A DNA stretch of 64,000 nucleotides. Source: Hydrurus foetidus (taxonomy: Eukaryota). Each line of letters opens with the position of its first letter. The first letter of the stretch is position 1. The DNA lies in NCBI GenBank assembly GCA_900617105.1, contig UYFQ01000004.1, positions 62,001 through 126,000 on the forward strand, written 5' to 3'. Made by a program: the position numbers and the translations under genes. Under the pieces are notes generated by a model. It worked only from the letters and a program-made list of their open reading frames with translations, did not search any database and was not told the origin of the DNA. Of the stretch, positions 1-10,471 are shown piece after piece.

Positions 1-1
1 G

Positions 2-3000
2 TCCCTCACCGACACCATCACCGTCAAGAGCTTGGATGGCACCGCCTCCCAAGCCATCACCGTCACCATCAATGGCTCCAACGATGTGCCCACCATCGGC
101 TCCGGTGTGGGCGTGAGCTCCGGCTCCGCGCTGGAAGCCGGGGGCGTGGCCAACGCCGTCTTGGGCTCCCCCAACACGGGCGGCACCCTCTCCATCAACG
201 ATGCCGATTCCGCTCAGTCCAGCTTCACCGCTCCCGCCCCTGCCAGCCTCACAGGCACTTACGGCACCTTCACTTTCAACGCCAGCTCCGGCGTGTGGTC
301 CTACGCGCTGGATAACACCAAGCCCGCCACCCAGGCCCTCAACGCCGCCCAGGTGGTGCATGACACCCTGACGGTCACCAGCCTGGACGGCTCCGCCAGC
401 CGCACCATCGATGTCACCGTCACCGGGGCCAACGACACCGCCGCCATCACCGGCTCCTCCACCGGCACCATGGCCGAAGACACCAGCGTCACCTCCGGCA
501 ACCTCACCACCAGCGGCACCCTCTCCGTCGCCGATGTCGACTTCGGTCAGGCCGTCTTTGCAACCCCCGCCACGCTGGCAGGTACCTACGGCTCCTTTAC
601 GTTTGACACCACCTCCGGTGCCTGGACCTACGCCGCCAACAACGCACAAAGCGCCGTGCAGGCCCTGGGTCTGGGTCAGTCCCTCACCGACACCATCACC
701 GTCAAGAGCTTGGATGGCACTGCCTCCCAAGCCATCACCGTCACCATCAATGGCTCCAACGATGTGCCCACCATCGGCTCCGGTGTGGGCGTGAGCTCCG
801 GCTCCGCGCTGGAAGCCGGGGGCGTGGCCAACGCCGTCTTGGGCTCCCCCAACACGGGCGGCACCCTCTCCATCAACGATGCCGATTCCGCTCAGTCCAG
901 CTTCACCGCTCCCGCCCCTGCCAGCCTCACAGGCACTTACGGCACCTTCACTTTCAACGCCAGCTCCGGCGTGTGGTCCTACGCGCTGGATAACACCAAG
1001 CCCGCCACCCAGGCCCTCAACGCCGCCCAGGTGGTGCATGACACCCTGACGGTCACCAGCCTGGACGGCTCCGCCAGCCGCACCATCGATGTCACCGTCA
1101 CCGGGGCCAACGACACCGCCGCCATCACCGGCTCCTCCACCGGCACCATGGCCGAAGACACCAGCGTCACCTCCGGCAACCTCACCACCAGCGGCACCCT
1201 CTCCGTCGCCGATGTCGACTTCGGTCAGGCCGTCTTTGCAACCCCCGCCACGCTGGCAGGTACCTACGGCTCCTTTACGTTTGACACCACCTCCGGTGCC
1301 TGGACCTACGCCGCCAACAACGCACAAAGCGCCGTGCAGGCCCTGGGTCTGGGTCAGTCCCTCACCGACACCATCACCGTCAAGAGCTTGGATGGCACTG
1401 CCTCCCAAGCCATCACCGTCACCATCAATGGCTCCAACGATGTGCCCACCATCGGCTCCGGTGTGGGCGTGAGCTCCGGCTCCGCGCTGGAAGCCGGGGG
1501 CGTGGCCAACGCCGTCTTGGGCTCCCCCAACACGGGCGGCACCCTCTCCATCAACGATGCCGATTCCGCTCAGTCCAGCTTCACCGCTCCCGCCCCTGCC
1601 AGCCTCACAGGCACTTACGGCACCTTCACTTTCAACGCCAGCTCCGGCGTGTGGTCCTACGCGCTGGATAACACCAAGCCCGCCACCCAGGCCCTCAACG
1701 CCGCCCAGGTGGTGCATGACACCCTGACGGTCACCAGCCTGGACGGCTCCGCCAGCCGCACCATCGATGTCACCGTCACCGGGGCCAACGACACCGCCGC
1801 CATCACCGGCTCCTCCACCGGCACCATGGCCGAAGACACCAGCGTCACCTCCGGCAACCTCACCACCAGCGGCACCCTCTCCGTCGCCGATGTCGACTTC
1901 GGTCAGGCCGTCTTTGCAACCCCCGCCACGCTGGCAGGTACCTACGGCTCCTTTACGTTTGACACCACCTCCGGTGCCTGGACCTACGCCGCCAACAACG
2001 CACAAAGCGCCGTGCAGGCCCTGGGTCTGGGTCAGTCCCTCACCGACACCATCACCGTCAAGAGCTTGGATGGCACTGCCTCCCAAGCCATCACCGTCAC
2101 CATCAATGGCTCCAACGATGTGCCCACCATCGGCTCCGGTGTGGGCGTGAGCTCCGGCTCCGCGCTGGAAGCCGGGGGCGTGGCCAACGCCGTCTTGGGC
2201 TCCCCCAACACGGGCGGCACCCTCTCCATCAACGATGCCGATTCCGCTCAGTCCAGCTTCACCGCTCCCGCCCCTGCCAGCCTCACAGGCACTTACGGCA
2301 CCTTCACTTTCAACGCCAGCTCCGGCGTGTGGTCCTACGCGCTGGATAACACCAAGCCCGCCACCCAGGCCCTCAACGCCGCCCAGGTGGTGCATGACAC
2401 CCTGACGGTCACCAGCCTGGACGGCTCCGCCAGCCGCACCATCGATGTCACCGTCACCGGGGCCAACGACACCGCCGCCATCACCGGCTCCTCCACCGGC
2501 ACCATGGCCGAAGACACCAGCGTCACCTCCGGCAACCTCACCACCAGCGGCACCCTCTCCGTCGCCGATGTCGACTTCGGTCAGGCCGTCTTTGCAACCC
2601 CCGCCACGCTGGCAGGTACCTACGGCTCCTTTACGTTTGACACCACCTCCGGTGCCTGGACCTACGCCGCCAACAACGCACAAAGCGCCGTGCAGGCCCT
2701 GGGTCTGGGTCAGTCCCTCACCGACACCATCACCGTCAAGAGCTTGGATGGCACTGCCTCCCAAGCCATCACCGTCACCATCAATGGCTCCAACGATGTG
2801 CCCACCATCGGCTCCGGTGTGGGCGTGAGCTCCGGCTCCGCGCTGGAAGCCGGGGGCGTGGCCAACGCCGTCTTGGGCTCCCCCAACACGGGCGGCACCC
2901 TCTCCATCAACGATGCCGATTCCGCTCAGTCCAGCTTCACCGCTCCCGCCCCTGCCAGCCTCACAGGCACTTACGGCACCTTCACTTTCAACGCCAGCTC

Positions 3001-6000
3001 CGGCGTGTGGTCCTACGCGCTGGATAACACCAAGCCCGCCACCCAGGCCCTCAACGCCGCCCAGGTGGTGCATGACACCCTGACGGTCACCAGCCTGGAC
3101 GGCTCCGCCAGCCGCACCATCGATGTCACCGTCACCGGGGCCAACGACACCGCCGCCATCACCGGCTCCTCCACCGGCACCATGGCCGAAGACACCAGCG
3201 TCACCTCCGGCAACCTCACCACCAGCGGCACCCTCTCCGTCGCCGATGTCGACTTCGGTCAGGCCGTCTTTGCAACCCCCGCCACGCTGGCAGGTACCTA
3301 CGGCTCCTTTACGTTTGACACCACCTCCGGTGCCTGGACCTACGCCGCCAACAACGCACAAAGCGCCGTGCAGGCCCTGGGTCTGGGTCAGTCCCTCACC
3401 GACACCATCACCGTCAAGAGCTTGGATGGCACTGCCTCCCAAGCCATCACCGTCACCATCAATGGCTCCAACGATGTGCCCACCATCGGCTCCGGTGTGG
3501 GCGTGAGCTCCGGCTCCGCGCTGGAAGCCGGGGGCGTGGCCAACGCCGTCTTGGGCTCCCCCAACACGGGCGGCACCCTCTCCATCAACGATGCCGATTC
3601 CGCTCAGTCCAGCTTCACCGCTCCCGCCCCTGCCAGCCTCACAGGCACTTACGGCACCTTCACTTTCAACGCCAGCTCCGGCGTGTGGTCCTACGCGCTG
3701 GATAACACCAAGCCCGCCACCCAGGCCCTCAACGCCGCCCAGGTGGTGCATGACACCCTGACGGTCACCAGCCTGGACGGCTCCGCCAGCCGCACCATCG
3801 ATGTCACCGTCACCGGGGCCAACGACACCGCCGCCATCACCGGCTCCTCCACCGGCACCATGGCCGAAGACACCAGCGTCACCTCCGGCAACCTCACCAC
3901 CAGCGGCACCCTCTCCGTCGCCGATGTCGACTTCGGTCAGGCCGTCTTTGCAACCCCCGCCACGCTGGCAGGTACCTACTGCTCCTTTACGTTTGACACC
4001 ACCTCCGGTGCCTGGACCTACGCCGCCAACAACGCACAAAGCGCCGTGCAGGCCCTGGGTCTGGGTCAGTCCCTCACCGACACCATCACCGTCAAGAGCT
4101 TGGATGGCACCGCCTCCCAAGCCATCACCGTCACCATCAATGGCTCCAACGATGTGCCCACCATCGGCTCCGGTGTGGGCGTGAGCTCCGGCTCCGCGCT
4201 GGAAGCCGGGGGCGTGGCCAACGCCGTCTTGGGCTCCCCCAACACGGGCGGCACCCTCTCCATCAACGATGCCGATTCCGCTCAGTCCAGCTTCACCGCT
4301 CCCGCCCCTGCCAGCCTCACAGGCACTTACGGCACCTTCACTTTCAACGCCAGCTCCGGCGTGTGGTCCTACGCGCTGGATAACACCAAGCCCGCCACCC
4401 AGGCCCTCAACGCCGCCCAGGTGGTGCATGACACCCTGACGGTCACCAGCCTGGACGGCTCCGCCAGCCGCACCATCGATGTCACCGTCACCGGGGCCAA
4501 CGACACCGCCGCCATCACCGGCTCCTCCACCGGCACCATGGCCGAAGACACCAGCGTCACCTCCGGCAACCTCACCACCAGCGGCACCCTCTCCGTCGCC
4601 GATGTCGACTTCGGTCAGGCCGTCTTTGCAACCCCCGCCACGCTGGCAGGTACCTACGGCTCCTTTACGTTTGACACCACCTCCGGTGCCTGGACCTACG
4701 CCGCCAACAACGCACAAAGCGCCGTGCAGGCCCTGGGTCTGGGTCAGTCCCTCACCGACACCATCACCGTCAAGAGCTTGGATGGCACTGCCTCCCAAGC
4801 CATCACCGTCACCATCAATGGCTCCAACGATGTGCCCACCATCGGCTCCGGTGTGGGCGTGAGCTCCGGCTCCGCGCTGGAAGCCGGGGGCGTGGCCAAC
4901 GCCGTCTTGGGCTCCCCCAACACGGGCGGCACCCTCTCCATCAACGATGCCGATTCCGCTCAGTCCAGCTTCACCGCTCCCGCCCCTGCCAGCCTCACAG
5001 GCACTTACGGCACCTTCACTTTCAACGCCAGCTCCGGCGTGTGGTCCTACGCGCTGGATAACACCAAGCCCGCCACCCAGGCCCTCAACGCCGCCCAGGT
5101 GGTGCATGACACCCTGACGGTCACCAGCCTGGACGGCTCCGCCAGCCGCACCATCGATGTCACCGTCACCGGGGCCAACGACACCGCCGCCATCACCGGC
5201 TCCTCCACCGGCACCATGGCCGAAGACACCAGCGTCACCTCCGGCAACCTCACCACCAGCGGCACCCTCTCCGTCGCCGATGTCGACTTCGGTCAGGCCG
5301 TCTTTGCAACCCCCGCCACGCTGGCAGGTACCTACTGCTCCTTTACGTTTGACACCACCTCCGGTGCCTGGACCTACGCCGCCAACAACGCACAAAGCGC
5401 CGTGCAGGCCCTGGGTCTGGGTCAGTCCCTCACCGACACCATCACCGTCAAGAGCTTGGATGGCACTGCCTCCCAAGCCATCACCGTCACCATCAATGGC
5501 TCCAACGATGTGCCCACCATCGGCTCCGGTGTGGGCGTGAGCTCCGGCTCCGCGCTGGAAGCCGGGGGCGTGGCCAACGCCGTCTTGGGCTCCCCCAACA
5601 CGGGCGGCACCCTCTCCATCAACGATGCCGATTCCGCTCAGTCCAGCTTCACCGCTCCCGCCCCTGCCAGCCTCACAGGCACTTACGGCACCTTCACTTT
5701 CAACGCCAGCTCCGGCGTGTGGTCCTACGCGCTGGATAACACCAAGCCCGCCACCCAGGCCCTCAACGCCGCCCAGGTGGTGCATGACACCCTGACGGTC
5801 ACCAGCCTGGACGGCTCCGCCAGCCGCACCATCGATGTCACCGTCACCGGGGCCAACGACACCGCCGCCATCACCGGCTCCTCCACCGGCACCATGGCCG
5901 AAGACACCAGCGTCACCTCCGGCAACCTCACCACCAGCGGCACCCTCTCCGTCGCCGATGTCGACTTCGGTCAGGCCGTCTTTGCAACCCCCGCCACGCT

Positions 6001-9000
6001 GGCAGGTACCTACGGCTCCTTTACGTTTGACACCACCTCCGGTGCCTGGACCTACGCCGCCAACAACGCACAAAGCGCCGTGCAGGCCCTGGGTCTGGGT
6101 CAGTCCCTCACCGACACCATCACCGTCAAGAGCTTGGATGGCACTGCCTCCCAAGCCATCACCGTCACCATCAATGGCTCCAACGATGTGCCCACCATCG
6201 GCTCCGGTGTGGGCGTGAGCTCCGGCTCCGCGCTGGAAGCCGGGGGCGTGGCCAACGCCGTCTTGGGCTCCCCCAACACGGGCGGCACCCTCTCCATCAA
6301 CGATGCCGATTCCGCTCAGTCCAGCTTCACCGCTCCCGCCCCTGCCAGCCTCACAGGCACTTACGGCACCTTCACTTTCAACGCCAGCTCCGGCGTGTGG
6401 TCCTACGCGCTGGATAACACCAAGCCCGCCACCCAGGCCCTCAACGCCGCCCAGGTGGTGCATGACACCCTGACGGTCACCAGCCTGGACGGCTCCGCCA
6501 GCCGCACCATCGATGTCACCGTCACCGGGGCCAACGACACCGCCGCCATCACCGGCTCCTCCACCGGCACCATGGCCGAAGACACCAGCGTCACCTCCGG
6601 CAACCTCACCACCAGCGGCACCCTCTCCGTCGCCGATGTCGACTTCGGTCAGGCCGTCTTTGCAACCCCCGCCACGCTGGCAGGTACCTACGGCTCCTTT
6701 ACGTTTGACACCACCTCCGGTGCCTGGACCTACGCCGCCAACAACGCACAAAGCGCCGTGCAGGCCCTGGGTCTGGGTCAGTCCCTCACCGACACCATCA
6801 CCGTCAAGAGCTTGGATGGCACTGCCTCCCAAGCCATCACCGTCACCATCAATGGCTCCAACGATGTGCCCACCATCGGCTCCGGTGTGGGCGTGAGCTC
6901 CGGCTCCGCGCTGGAAGCCGGGGGCGTGGCCAACGCCGTCTTGGGCTCCCCCAACACGGGCGGCACCCTCTCCATCAACGATGCCGATTCCGCTCAGTCC
7001 AGCTTCACCGCTCCCGCCCCTGCCAGCCTCACAGGCACTTACGGCACCTTCACTTTCAACGCCAGCTCCGGCGTGTGGTCCTACGCGCTGGATAACACCA
7101 AGCCCGCCACCCAGGCCCTCAACGCCGCCCAGGTGGTGCATGACACCCTGACGGTCACCAGCCTGGACGGCTCCGCCAGCCGCACCATCGATGTCACCGT
7201 CACCGGGGCCAACGACACCGCCGCCATCACCGGCTCCTCCACCGGCACCATGGCCGAAGACACCAGCGTCACCTCCGGCAACCTCACCACCAGCGGCACC
7301 CTCTCCGTCGCCGATGTCGACTTCGGTCAGGCCGTCTTTGCAACCCCCGCCACGCTGGCAGGTACCTACGGCTCCTTTACGTTTGACACCACCTCCGGTG
7401 CCTGGACCTACGCCGCCAACAACGCACAAAGCGCCGTGCAGGCCCTGGGTCTGGGTCAGTCCCTCACCGACACCATCACCGTCAAGAGCTTGGATGGCAC
7501 CGCCTCCCAAGCCATCACCGTCACCATCAATGGCTCCAACGATGTGCCCACCATCGGCTCCGGTGTGGGCGTGAGCTCCGGCTCCGCGCTGGAAGCCGGG
7601 GGCGTGGCCAACGCCGTCTTGGGCTCCCCCAACACGGGCGGCACCCTCTCCATCAACGATGCCGATTCCGCTCAGTCCAGCTTCACCGCTCCCGCCCCTG
7701 CCAGCCTCACAGGCACTTACGGCACCTTCACTTTCAACGCCAGCTCCGGCGTGTGGTCCTACGCGCTGGATAACACCAAGCCCGCCACCCAGGCCCTCAA
7801 CGCCGCCCAGGTGGTGCATGACACCCTGACGGTCACCAGCCTGGACGGCTCCGCCAGCCGCACCATCGATGTCACCGTCACCGGGGCCAACGACACCGCC
7901 GCCATCACCGGCTCCTCCACCGGCACCATGGCCGAAGACACCAGCGTCACCTCCGGCAACCTCACCACCAGCGGCACCCTCTCCGTCGCCGATGTCGACT
8001 TCGGTCAGGCCGTCTTTGCAACCCCCGCCACGCTGGCAGGTACCTACGGCTCCTTTACGTTTGACACCACCTCCGGTGCCTGGACCTACGCCGCCAACAA
8101 CGCACAAAGCGCCGTGCAGGCCCTGGGTCTGGGTCAGTCCCTCACCGACACCATCACCGTCAAGAGCTTGGATGGCACCGCCTCCCAAGCCATCACCGTC
8201 ACCATCAATGGCTCCAACGACGCCCCTGTCGCTGTTGCAGACACCAATTCAGTAACCGAAAGCAGTGCAGCAACCGTCGTGGTCACCGGCGATGTGACGC
8301 CGGGAACCGCCGGACAGGATCGGGATGTGGACGCTGGTTCGAGCTTCACAGTTACGGGCGTTGCCGTGGGCAATTCCGCTTCCGCAAGCGGCAATGTAGG
8401 GGCCACGTTGAATGGCACCTACGGCACCGTATCGATTGGAGCCAACGGCAACTACACCTATACCCTGGACAACACACGGTTTGCAACCAACAACTTGGTC
8501 GCAAATCAAACCGTGCACGAAATATTCACGTACACAATCACGGACAACAATGGTGCAACAAGCACGGCGACTCTGGACATCGCCGTCACTGGCTCACAAG
8601 ACACCAACGCCCCAGCCCCCACCGTCACCCCCCTAGCCGGCTCGGCGACGGGCTTCAACGGCGAGTACTACGGATACAACGGCACAGCAGGTGCTGCTGC
8701 GCGAACACACAGCGACGATGGCACGGCAACGTTTGGCTCGCACGCCGAAGCAGGCAACCTTAATTCGGTGGAAGATCTGTACCTGATCATCGATGGCCGC
8801 AATACTCTGAGTGGAGGCGGCAACATCGTAGGGACATCGACAACGGCTTCCTCCAACGTGGCCGACGTGAGTTTCAAGGCTAAAACGATTGACTACGGGT
8901 TCAATCCTCAGGTCAACTCGTCACTGGGATCCAACCAGATCGTGGCGGCAGGCTCAGCCTTGCTCGCCAAAGACAATAATGTCAACTCCACCACCCGCTC

Positions 9001-10441
9001 CCTGAGCAACTTCTTGGATACCGACTACACCTCGGGTATGGTGCAAACGGGAGCAGGCAACACTGGGGGAACGTCGGGCTTGGGCACCACCACCGATGCA
9101 GCCGTTCGCATCTCCGGCAAGTTCTATACCCAGCCAGGCTCCTACGATTTCCGCGTTACCGCAGACGATGGCTTCCGATTGCAGGTCGCCGGCCAAACAC
9201 TGTTGGAATACGACGGAAACCAAGGCCCGACAACACGCATCTTTAATAACGTGGTGCTTGGGGATTTGCAGGGCGGCTTGCAAGCTCTGGAACTGTTGTA
9301 TTGGGAACAAGGCGGCAATGCACGCCTCCGTATCGAATACAAATCCAGCAACTCTGGCGCATGGCAAGTCATGTCCTTGAGCAACACAGCCATGTTCAGC
9401 AATGAGTCCGCACCCACACTGGCGGACACCAATATTCAGGATCTCGTGTATGACGGCGCCACCAGCGCATGGCAGCTTCGAACTGGAGCCTACCTGGATG
9501 GCGACGCTGGAGACAACACACTGATCGGCAATGCGGGACGCGACTACATGACCGGCGGTGCAGGCAACGACACCATGTCAGGCCTTGGCGGTGCTGACAC
9601 TATGGATGGCGGTGCAGGCAACGACACGCTGTCCGGTGGTGATGGCAACGACCTACTCATCGGCGGCACGGGGGTCAACATCCTGACCGGCGGCTTAGGT
9701 GACGACACTTATCGCATTTCCAACACCACCAACACCATCAACGAAAATACGGGTGAAGGTTACGACACGGTACAGTTGGACAGCAGCTACGTGTCTTCCA
9801 ACGCTGGAACAACTTACACGCTCTCCACCAACCTGGAAAATTTGATCGCGTTTGACGGCGGCGCCATTAACCTAGCGGGCAATGCCAGCAACAACCGGAT
9901 TGAGGGCAATAGCTCTACCAACACGATTTTAGGTGGTGCGGGCAACGACTACATTGCGGGTGGTGGTGGCAACGACACGCTAACTGGTGGGGCCGGTTCT
10001 GACACCTTTGCCTGGAAGCTGGCAGATGCAGGTAGCGCCGGGGCTCCAGCCATCGACCACATCACAGACTTCACCTATGGCAGCGGCTACAGCAACGTGG
10101 ACAACGGCACTGGTGCACCCACAGGCGGAGGCGACGTGCTGGATCTGCGGGACCTGCTGGTTGGCGAGCACACCACCTCCAGCAATTCTGGCAGTGACGT
10201 AACCAACGTGCAAATTTCCACCTTGTTGAACTACATTGACGTGGAAGTGTCAGGGGGCGACACCATTTTGCATATCAGCAAAAACGGCGCATTCACTGGT
10301 GGCACTTTCAATGCTGCCGCTGAAGATCAGCGCATCGTGCTGGACAACGTGAATCTCTATACCGCTACCGGCGTGGCCAGCGGCAACGAGGCCTTGCTGA
10401 TGCAAACTCTGATCAAGAACGGCACCCTGATCGTCGACTAG
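2..10441 (+). CDS. Giant T1SS-secreted RTX adhesin (LapA-like), 5'-truncated by the window: VCBS/Ig-like tandem repeats, PA14 domain, RTX nonapeptides, C-terminal T1SS signal domain
   Basis: Frame is open from nt 2. It encodes 226-aa repeats with VCBS-type motifs (GTYGTFTF...W.Y...DT.TV.S.DG...ITVTI.G.ND), a PA14 motif (YDFRVTADDGFRL...LYWEQGG), GGxGxDxLx repeats (~9490-10010) and a DHITDF...GDVLDLRDLL tail. Adjacent to lapD, lapG and tolC. Confidence 0.93.
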   Translation, partial: SLTDTITVKSLDGTASQAITVTINGSNDVPTIGSGVGVSSGSALEAGGVANAVLGSPNTGGTLSINDADSAQSSFTAPAPASLTGTYGTFTFNASSGVWSYALDNTKPATQALNAAQVVHDTLTVTSLDGSASRTIDVTVTGANDTAAITGSSTGTMAEDTSVTSGNLTTSGTLSVADVDFGQAVFATPATLAGTYGSFTFDTTSGAWTYAANNAQSAVQALGLGQSLTDTITVKSLDGTASQAITVTINGSNDVPTIGSGVGVSSGSALEAGGVANAVLGSPNTGGTLSINDADSAQSSFTAPAPASLTGTYGTFTFNASSGVWSYALDNTKPATQALNAAQVVHDTLTVTSLDGSASRTIDVTVTGANDTAAITGSSTGTMAEDTSVTSGNLTTSGTLSVADVDFGQAVFATPATLAGTYGSFTFDTTSGAWTYAANNAQSAVQALGLGQSLTDTITVKSLDGTASQAITVTINGSNDVPTIGSGVGVSSGSALEAGGVANAVLGSPNTGGTLSINDADSAQSSFTAPAPASLTGTYGTFTFNASSGVWSYALDNTKPATQALNAAQVVHDTLTVTSLDGSASRTIDVTVTGANDTAAITGSSTGTMAEDTSVTSGNLTTSGTLSVADVDFGQAVFATPATLAGTYGSFTFDTTSGAWTYAANNAQSAVQALGLGQSLTDTITVKSLDGTASQAITVTINGSNDVPTIGSGVGVSSGSALEAGGVANAVLGSPNTGGTLSINDADSAQSSFTAPAPASLTGTYGTFTFNASSGVWSYALDNTKPATQALNAAQVVHDTLTVTSLDGSASRTIDVTVTGANDTAAITGSSTGTMAEDTSVTSGNLTTSGTLSVADVDFGQAVFATPATLAGTYGSFTFDTTSGAWTYAANNAQSAVQALGLGQSLTDTITVKSLDGTASQAITVTINGSNDVPTIGSGVGVSSGSALEAGGVANAVLGSPNTGGTLSINDADSAQSSFTAPAPASLTGTYGTFTFNASSGVWSYALDNTKPATQALNAAQVVHDTLTVTSLDGSASRTIDVTVTGANDTAAITGSSTGTMAEDTSVTSGNLTTSGTLSVADVDFGQAVFATPATLAGTYGSFTFDTTSGAWTYAANNAQSAVQALGLGQSLTDTITVKSLDGTASQAITVTINGSNDVPTIGSGVGVSSGSALEAGGVANAVLGSPNTGGTLSINDADSAQSSFTAPAPASLTGTYGTFTFNASSGVWSYALDNTKPATQALNAAQVVHDTLTVTSLDGSASRTIDVTVTGANDTAAITGSSTGTMAEDTSVTSGNLTTSGTLSVADVDFGQAVFATPATLAGTYCSFTFDTTSGAWTYAANNAQSAVQALGLGQSLTDTITVKSLDGTASQAITVTINGSNDVPTIGSGVGVSSGSALEAGGVANAVLGSPNTGGTLSINDADSAQSSFTAPAPASLTGTYGTFTFNASSGVWSYALDNTKPATQALNAAQVVHDTLTVTSLDGSASRTIDVTVTGANDTAAITGSSTGTMAEDTSVTSGNLTTSGTLSVADVDFGQAVFATPATLAGTYGSFTFDTTSGAWTYAANNAQSAVQALGLGQSLTDTITVKSLDGTASQAITVTINGSNDVPTIGSGVGVSSGSALEAGGVANAVLGSPNTGGTLSINDADSAQSSFTAPAPASLTGTYGTFTFNASSGVWSYALDNTKPATQALNAAQVVHDTLTVTSLDGSASRTIDVTVTGANDTAAITGSSTGTMAEDTSVTSGNLTTSGTLSVADVDFGQAVFATPATLAGTYCSFTFDTTSGAWTYAANNAQSAVQALGLGQSLTDTITVKSLDGTASQAITVTINGSNDVPTIGSGVGVSSGSALEAGGVANAVLGSPNTGGTLSINDADSAQSSFTAPAPASLTGTYGTFTFNASSGVWSYALDNTKPATQALNAAQVVHDTLTVTSLDGSASRTIDVTVTGANDTAAITGSSTGTMAEDTSVTSGNLTTSGTLSVADVDFGQAVFATPATLAGTYGSFTFDTTSGAWTYAANNAQSAVQALGLGQSLTDTITVKSLDGTASQAITVTINGSNDVPTIGSGVGVSSGSALEAGGVANAVLGSPNTGGTLSINDADSAQSSFTAPAPASLTGTYGTFTFNASSGVWSYALDNTKPATQALNAAQVVHDTLTVTSLDGSASRTIDVTVTGANDTAAITGSSTGTMAEDTSVTSGNLTTSGTLSVADVDFGQAVFATPATLAGTYGSFTFDTTSGAWTYAANNAQSAVQALGLGQSLTDTITVKSLDGTASQAITVTINGSNDVPTIGSGVGVSSGSALEAGGVANAVLGSPNTGGTLSINDADSAQSSFTAPAPASLTGTYGTFTFNASSGVWSYALDNTKPATQALNAAQVVHDTLTVTSLDGSASRTIDVTVTGANDTAAITGSSTGTMAEDTSVTSGNLTTSGTLSVADVDFGQAVFATPATLAGTYGSFTFDTTSGAWTYAANNAQSAVQALGLGQSLTDTITVKSLDGTASQAITVTINGSNDVPTIGSGVGVSSGSALEAGGVANAVLGSPNTGGTLSINDADSAQSSFTAPAPASLTGTYGTFTFNASSGVWSYALDNTKPATQALNAAQVVHDTLTVTSLDGSASRTIDVTVTGANDTAAITGSSTGTMAEDTSVTSGNLTTSGTLSVADVDFGQAVFATPATLAGTYGSFTFDTTSGAWTYAANNAQSAVQALGLGQSLTDTITVKSLDGTASQAITVTINGSNDAPVAVADTNSVTESSAATVVVTGDVTPGTAGQDRDVDAGSSFTVTGVAVGNSASASGNVGATLNGTYGTVSIGANGNYTYTLDNTRFATNNLVANQTVHEIFTYTITDNNGATSTATLDIAVTGSQDTNAPAPTVTPLAGSATGFNGEYYGYNGTAGAAARTHSDDGTATFGSHAEAGNLNSVEDLYLIIDGRNTLSGGGNIVGTSTTASSNVADVSFKAKTIDYGFNPQVNSSLGSNQIVAAGSALLAKDNNVNSTTRSLSNFLDTDYTSGMVQTGAGNTGGTSGLGTTTDAAVRISGKFYTQPGSYDFRVTADDGFRLQVAGQTLLEYDGNQGPTTRIFNNVVLGDLQGGLQALELLYWEQGGNARLRIEYKSSNSGAWQVMSLSNTAMFSNESAPTLADTNIQDLVYDGATSAWQLRTGAYLDGDAGDNTLIGNAGRDYMTGGAGNDTMSGLGGADTMDGGAGNDTLSGGDGNDLLIGGTGVNILTGGLGDDTYRISNTTNTINENTGEGYDTVQLDSSYVSSNAGTTYTLSTNLENLIAFDGGAINLAGNASNNRIEGNSSTNTILGGAGNDYIAGGGGNDTLTGGAGSDTFAWKLADAGSAGAPAIDHITDFTYGSGYSNVDNGTGAPTGGGDVLDLRDLLVGEHTTSSNSGSDVTNVQISTLLNYIDVEVSGGDTILHISKNGAFTGGTFNAAAEDQRIVLDNVNLYTATGVASGNEALLMQTLIKNGTLIVD
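85..8220 (+). repeat. 12 complete tandem copies of a 678-bp in-frame coding repeat (plus a partial copy at 1-84)
   Basis: Identical ORF-track entries recur every 678 nt (301, 979, ... 7759). Sequence diverges at 8221. Only two variant sites were noticed. Confidence 0.97.
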
Positions 10442-10471
10442 TCTCTGGCCGAAGGCCTGTGACCGCGACAA

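Noticed and set aside
1..8220. Repeat array as CRISPR or mobile element
   Set aside because: Units are 678 bp, in frame and have no unique spacers; no cas or transposase genes are present.
301..8255. Recurring 127-aa Pro-rich, 72-aa and 66-aa ORFs
   Set aside because: They are alternative-frame and antisense shadows of the adhesin's 678-bp repeat.
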